From Trueperaceae bacterium (lineage in GTDB: Bacteria > Deinococcota > Deinococci > Deinococcales > Trueperaceae): a DNA stretch of 64,000 nucleotides. This document shows, one piece after another, positions 59,938-64,000 of this stretch. Within the stretch, counting starts at the first letter, position 1. Each line of letters opens with the position of its first letter. The position numbers and the translations under genes were made by a program. A model generated the notes under the pieces. It was given only the letters and a program-made list of their open reading frames with translations. It made no database searches and was not told where the DNA came from. The stretch is taken from positions 1 to 64,000 of the forward strand of contig JBBDRK010000049.1 in the NCBI GenBank assembly GCA_040905465.1, read 5' to 3'.

Positions 59938-62589
59938 ATGATGTCGTCCTTACGCCACCCTTTAGTGTTACTGATGCTTCTCGTTGGGTTGGCGTTTGCT
60001 CAATCGCCACAACTCGTCGCGCACGAGATGGCTTTCGTGACCGAACCCCGACAGACCGTCACTATGGCGTTCCAAGTATCAAACGAGTCGCCGGTTGAGT
60101 GGCGCGGCGCTCCAGAGCTCACTCTCCCTCCCGGTTGGCGGATACTGGTTCCTCCGACTGAACTTACTCTTCAAGCTAACGAGGTCCGAACGGTGCTTCT
60201 TCCCGTGGTCGTCCCAGCTACGGCGGCCGCAGGCAGGCACTCTCTGGAAGTCGCCTACCGGACGTTCGAACCCGATTTGGGGAAAAGCGAGCCCTTGCGG
60301 TTCAGTGTAGAGGTTCTCCAAGTCCACAAGCTCGATGTTCAGCTTTTCAGTGCACCACACTTGGTAGTGGCGGAACCATACACGCTTCACTTTCGGGTCC
60401 ATAACGCCGGGAATGTCGATGAACTGGTAGAGCTCCAGGCGAGCGGCAATCATGGCTTTCCTCTTGAGTTAACGCCGAGCACGCTCACGCTTCCCCCCGG
60501 AACCACCCAGGAAGCAACAGTTCTCGTTCTGCCACCCGCGGATCTGAACCGGCCGGTACGACACCACGTGACACTCGCTGCAGAGACGCAGCAAGCGCGA
60601 GCGACGGCGAGCTCGACTGTAGAGATCCTGGCGCTGCAGCAGGATGCCAGCCAAGGTTTCCACACTTACGAGCTGGAGATTGCAATACGCGGCCGGGTGG
60701 ACACACGTCACCTACCAGCGAGCGCGCTAGACGGCCTTGGCGGCGTCGAAATGGAAGTGCAGGGGCGCGGAGCGCTGTGGGATGGCGATCCAGGAGAGTT
60801 GCTAATTGCGCTCAAGAACTCCGCCGACCTCTCCCAGCGCCGCAACCAGGTCAGTTACCGCCACCCCGACTTCTCACTGAGTGCCGGGGATCAGAGCATC
60901 AAACTCGGCTCGCTTCTGCCGTCGATACGGGGGTTCGGCTTGGCTGGCGCAGTTCATCCCCAGGACTCGATTGTAGGCGTTCGAGGCTTTGGTGCGCTCG
61001 ATGACGGTGAACTTACGTACGGAGCGGGTTTGAATGTCGAGCCGGTACCCGACTTTGTCATCGAAGGTCAAGTTGTATACGCTGATGGTTCCGCTGTCGT
61101 CGCAGTCGAGTCCAACGTTAGTACACGACTTCGCGACGGCGGACTGGGCATCTTGGCGGTGCAGCCCGCCGTCAACTTGGCCACTTTGGCCTCGGGAGTC
61201 TACGCAGCGACGCGTGCCGTGGGAAACGATTACAACTTGCGCGGATACTTCCGCTACGAAGCGCCGGACTTCGAGGAGGGTGACCAGGCGCAAGCCAGCT
61301 ACGGCGTGAGCGGGCGGTTGCGTTCTATGCAACAAGCGGACGTGTGGCTCAGCGGTTCGTATAGTCAGCTTGATATGGCGCCGGCCAAACGAGTCCAGGC
61401 GTACAGCGGTGGACTTGACGGATTAGTTGAAGGCGTGCACTGGTCCGTACGGTACAACCACGCTCGGAAGTGGGACACGGCCGAGAACTCGCACGAGTTT
61501 GGGGTGCGGGCAACTGCCACGGTGCCACTGGCGGAAGATGCGACGCTGCGAACCGTCGGTTGGTGGGAGGAAGAGCAAGATCTTCTCACTGGCATCAACA
61601 GTCGAATCGTTGGAGTCGATGTCACCGGTTACTTCCCGTTGATGTCCGGTCGCTTTAAGGCCGGAGTGGAAGCAGAGTTCGACATGTTTGGTGTCAAAGC
61701 GACACAGCTGGGTGCATTGCTGGGCTGGGATGGAGCCGTAACCGATTACACCCGGCTCGGTATGGACGCCCAGGTGATCGTTGGAGACAAGAATCGAGTG
61801 GATCTGTCAGTTGGCGGTAGCCACGACCTAGCCGATGGCTCCACGTTCGCCGCGACTGTCTCTGGCTCAATACCCTGGAATGGGGCATCTCGTGTAAAAG
61901 GCCAAGTGGGAGTCACGGTGCCTGTGAGCCTCGTGATCGGCCGCAAGAAGGATGTTGCCGAAGTTAGCGGCCGAATCGTAGACGGTAGGGGAGTAGGGGT
62001 CCAAGGAGTCGTCGTCTGGCTGGCGGGCTTCACGGACGTGACTGCCGAGGACGGCACATTCATATTCCCTGCAGCGCCGTTGGGTACGCACGCCATTACG
62101 CTGCGCGGCATGAAACCTGGCTACGTTACGCTTCCCGCACTGCCCCTGAAACTCGAAATCGTGGAAGGAGATAACGCGGAAGTCGAGTTCGAATTGTTCC
62201 GGGCTGGCGTTCTGCAAGGGCGAGTTGAGCTGCAAGTGCCCGAATCGGCCGGTTCGGCACCAGGATCAGGCGTGGTCGTGGGTGCAGGAGGACCTGTCGA
62301 CCCCGGGAGGCTGTTGGGAGGCATTACCCTGGTTGTGACCGGGCCCGGAGTAGACCAAAGGGTAGCGGTAAACGGCGATGGCACCTTCCGACTCACTCAC
62401 CTTTCGCCTGGCGAGTGGCAGGTGCGGGCCATGTCACAGAGCCTGCCTGAGTACTACAGGCTCGAAACCATGAGCCAAACTGTGACCCTTCGCGAGGGCG
62501 GCGAAGCGAGTGTCTCGTTCAGCTTGATTCCGGTTCAGAGGAGGATCAGATTTACCGGGGGCGGCGTACTAGGTAACGGAACTAAATAG
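59938..62589 (+). CDS. Large exported protein with N-terminal Ig-like domains, a predicted beta-barrel and C-terminal carboxypeptidase-regulatory-like domains (usher-like)
   Basis: Signal peptide ending AFAQ; LPPGW and HNAGNVDE repeats; long amphipathic beta region; SGRIVDGRG...DGTFIF and GDGTFRL...PGEW domains. Confidence 0.6.
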   Translation: MMSSLRHPLVLLMLLVGLAFAQSPQLVAHEMAFVTEPRQTVTMAFQVSNESPVEWRGAPELTLPPGWRILVPPTELTLQANEVRTVLLPVVVPATAAAGRHSLEVAYRTFEPDLGKSEPLRFSVEVLQVHKLDVQLFSAPHLVVAEPYTLHFRVHNAGNVDELVELQASGNHGFPLELTPSTLTLPPGTTQEATVLVLPPADLNRPVRHHVTLAAETQQARATASSTVEILALQQDASQGFHTYELEIAIRGRVDTRHLPASALDGLGGVEMEVQGRGALWDGDPGELLIALKNSADLSQRRNQVSYRHPDFSLSAGDQSIKLGSLLPSIRGFGLAGAVHPQDSIVGVRGFGALDDGELTYGAGLNVEPVPDFVIEGQVVYADGSAVVAVESNVSTRLRDGGLGILAVQPAVNLATLASGVYAATRAVGNDYNLRGYFRYEAPDFEEGDQAQASYGVSGRLRSMQQADVWLSGSYSQLDMAPAKRVQAYSGGLDGLVEGVHWSVRYNHARKWDTAENSHEFGVRATATVPLAEDATLRTVGWWEEEQDLLTGINSRIVGVDVTGYFPLMSGRFKAGVEAEFDMFGVKATQLGALLGWDGAVTDYTRLGMDAQVIVGDKNRVDLSVGGSHDLADGSTFAATVSGSIPWNGASRVKGQVGVTVPVSLVIGRKKDVAEVSGRIVDGRGVGVQGVVVWLAGFTDVTAEDGTFIFPAAPLGTHAITLRGMKPGYVTLPALPLKLEIVEGDNAEVEFELFRAGVLQGRVELQVPESAGSAPGSGVVVGAGGPVDPGRLLGGITLVVTGPGVDQRVAVNGDGTFRLTHLSPGEWQVRAMSQSLPEYYRLETMSQTVTLREGGEASVSFSLIPVQRRIRFTGGGVLGNGTK

Positions 62590-62687
62590 CCCAAACTTCC
62601 GGCTAACGCGGTCACGTCGAGCATCTCGTCGCCGCGCTTCATGGCGAGCCGCAGACCATCTTCGTGGCGGAAGGCTAACAAAATCAC
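62590..62687 (-). pseudogene. N-terminal stub of a probable FAH-family gene
   Basis: AAAGGAG RBS then GTG, reading MILLAFRHEDGLRLAMKRGDEMLDVTALAGSLG; resembles the N-terminus of the FAH at 1902-2813. Confidence 0.5.
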
Positions 62688-62966
62688 ATGGCGCTCCTTT
62701 CATCGGGGGCACCGGCCACGGCGAGGGGAACGAGAGGATGGATCGGGCGCCTGATCAAGTGAAGCCAGCGGCTCTCATCGACGAGCTCCATCGTCTCGCT
62801 TGCGAGCTTGCTATTTCACGTCGCTGCTTACCGATGGTGGTCAGTTGGTTGGACTGTACCTTGCTTTCCCGGCCTAATTTGATCGAGAAGAGGGAACTCG
62901 AAGAGGTAAACACGCCGCCGTTGCCGGTGATCGGCCGAACCGTAACCGTGCCGACCCCTCAGCAGC

Positions 62967-63833
62967 TCACATCCTGGCCGCCTTCGGATCGAACTGAGTC
63001 CGCAACCAGTCACCGAGTATATTGATGGACAGGACCGTCAGCATAATGGCGAAGCCGGGGAAGGTCGCTATCCACCATGCAATGGCCAGGTAGCTGCGGC
63101 CGTCGGCAAGCATGTTTCCCCAGGACGGGAGGGAAGGCTCGACGCCGAGGCCGAGGAAGCTGAGGGCCGACTCCATGATGATCATCCGGGCCATCTCGAA
63201 AGTGGCGATCACGATCAGGGGCGCGAGTGTGTTCGGGATAATGTGACGCAGAACGATTCGGTCATCTCGGCCACCGAGCGCGCGAACTGCCTGGATGAAG
63301 TCCCGCTCCCGCAGACTTAACACCTGCGAACGGATTACTCTGGCGTAGGCGACCCAACTGGTGAGACCCAGCACGATGATGATGTTGATCAAACCTGGGC
63401 CCAGGATTGCCACCACTGCCAGGGCGAGCAGCACGAACGGAAACGCCAGGAAAACGTTGATGAGCCAACTGACGACGTCGTCGATCCAGCCGCCGTAGTA
63501 ACCGGCGACTGCGCCGAGCAGGACTCCTACCGTGCCTGCGATCAGGACCGACGCAGCGGCAACGATGAGAGAGACGCGGGCACCATATACGATCCGGCTG
63601 AGAACGTCCCGCCCCAGCTGATCGGTGCCCAGCAAGTGCCCCTGATCCAAAGCCGGGGCACTGAGCCTCAGCGGCAAGGATTGCTGTGCCGGGTCGGGCA
63701 TCGGCAAAATTCCGGCGAACAGGCTGCAACCCACCAGTACCAGCAGCAGCACGACACTGGCAAGGAGTCCGGCGTCCGGCCGGCCTCTCTTGAAAACCGA
63801 CATATCTCTTTGCGGGCCGACTCCGTCGATCAC
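62967..63833 (-). CDS. Peptide ABC permease (DppC-like)
   Basis: LGTDQLGRD, FIQAVRALG and ESALSFLG motifs; start at 63833 or 63803. Confidence 0.9.
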   Translation of the reverse strand: MIDGVGPQRDMSVFKRGRPDAGLLASVVLLLVLVGCSLFAGILPMPDPAQQSLPLRLSAPALDQGHLLGTDQLGRDVLSRIVYGARVSLIVAAASVLIAGTVGVLLGAVAGYYGGWIDDVVSWLINVFLAFPFVLLALAVVAILGPGLINIIIVLGLTSWVAYARVIRSQVLSLRERDFIQAVRALGGRDDRIVLRHIIPNTLAPLIVIATFEMARMIIMESALSFLGLGVEPSLPSWGNMLADGRSYLAIAWWIATFPGFAIMLTVLSINILGDWLRTQFDPKAARM

Positions 63834-63932
63834 GAGTCGTACCTGATCCTCGGATCCAGCCAAGCGTAGAGCACATCCACCAGTAGATTCACAAACACAT
63901 AGATCAGCGCTCCCAGAATCACGGTGGTTTGC
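63830..63932 (-). pseudogene. C-terminal fragment of a DppB-like permease
   Basis: QTTVILGALIYVFVNLLVDVLYAWLDPRIRYDS*; homology is lost upstream at CTAG 63933-63936, and the RDYP motif is absent. Confidence 0.7.
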
Positions 63933-64000
63933 CTAGTTGCCGTTGTTACCTCGTGGGCCCTTGGCGTTCTCGGCGCCGGGTCCGGTCGTGGGCACCCCCG

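Overview
High-GC bacterial DNA; the style of the transporters and signal peptides suggests Deinococcota (Truepera-like), but that is inference. About 50 kb (949-50802) is a mosaic of four regulator-plus-ABC-transporter catabolic clusters. (1) An IclR-controlled divergent sugar-acid/amino-sugar cluster with Gfo, ALDH, Zn-ADH, M81 deacylase, enolase-family dehydratase, FAH and epimerase on the minus strand, and ABC, Eda, KdgK and a SelA/DgaE-like lyase on the plus strand. (2) An IclR/RidA/Dpp cluster with D-aminoacylase, threonine-synthase-like, DSD/D-threonine-aldolase-like, SerA-like and creatininase genes. (3) An Lrp/PotABCD cluster with a PA-M28 hydrolase, SDR, ApbA-like reductase and GGT. 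(4) A ROK/sugar-ABC cluster with a DegT aminotransferase, two ceramidase-like amidohydrolases (one fused to an SIS domain), a BadF kinase, a GNAT and nanE. The last 13 kb holds a large secreted repeat/beta-propeller/VWA protein and a TPR-BTAD activator. It also holds a more AT-rich four-gene operon (two pilin-like subunits, a chaperone-like protein and an usher-like protein) with a structured leader that can sequester the RBS; this is the best candidate for an undescribed system. Many small deletion scars occur between modules (IS5, MNT, RES toxin, enolase, GNAT, FAH and Dpp fragments). No rRNA, tRNA or CRISPR array was seen. All product calls come from motif recognition, with no database search.
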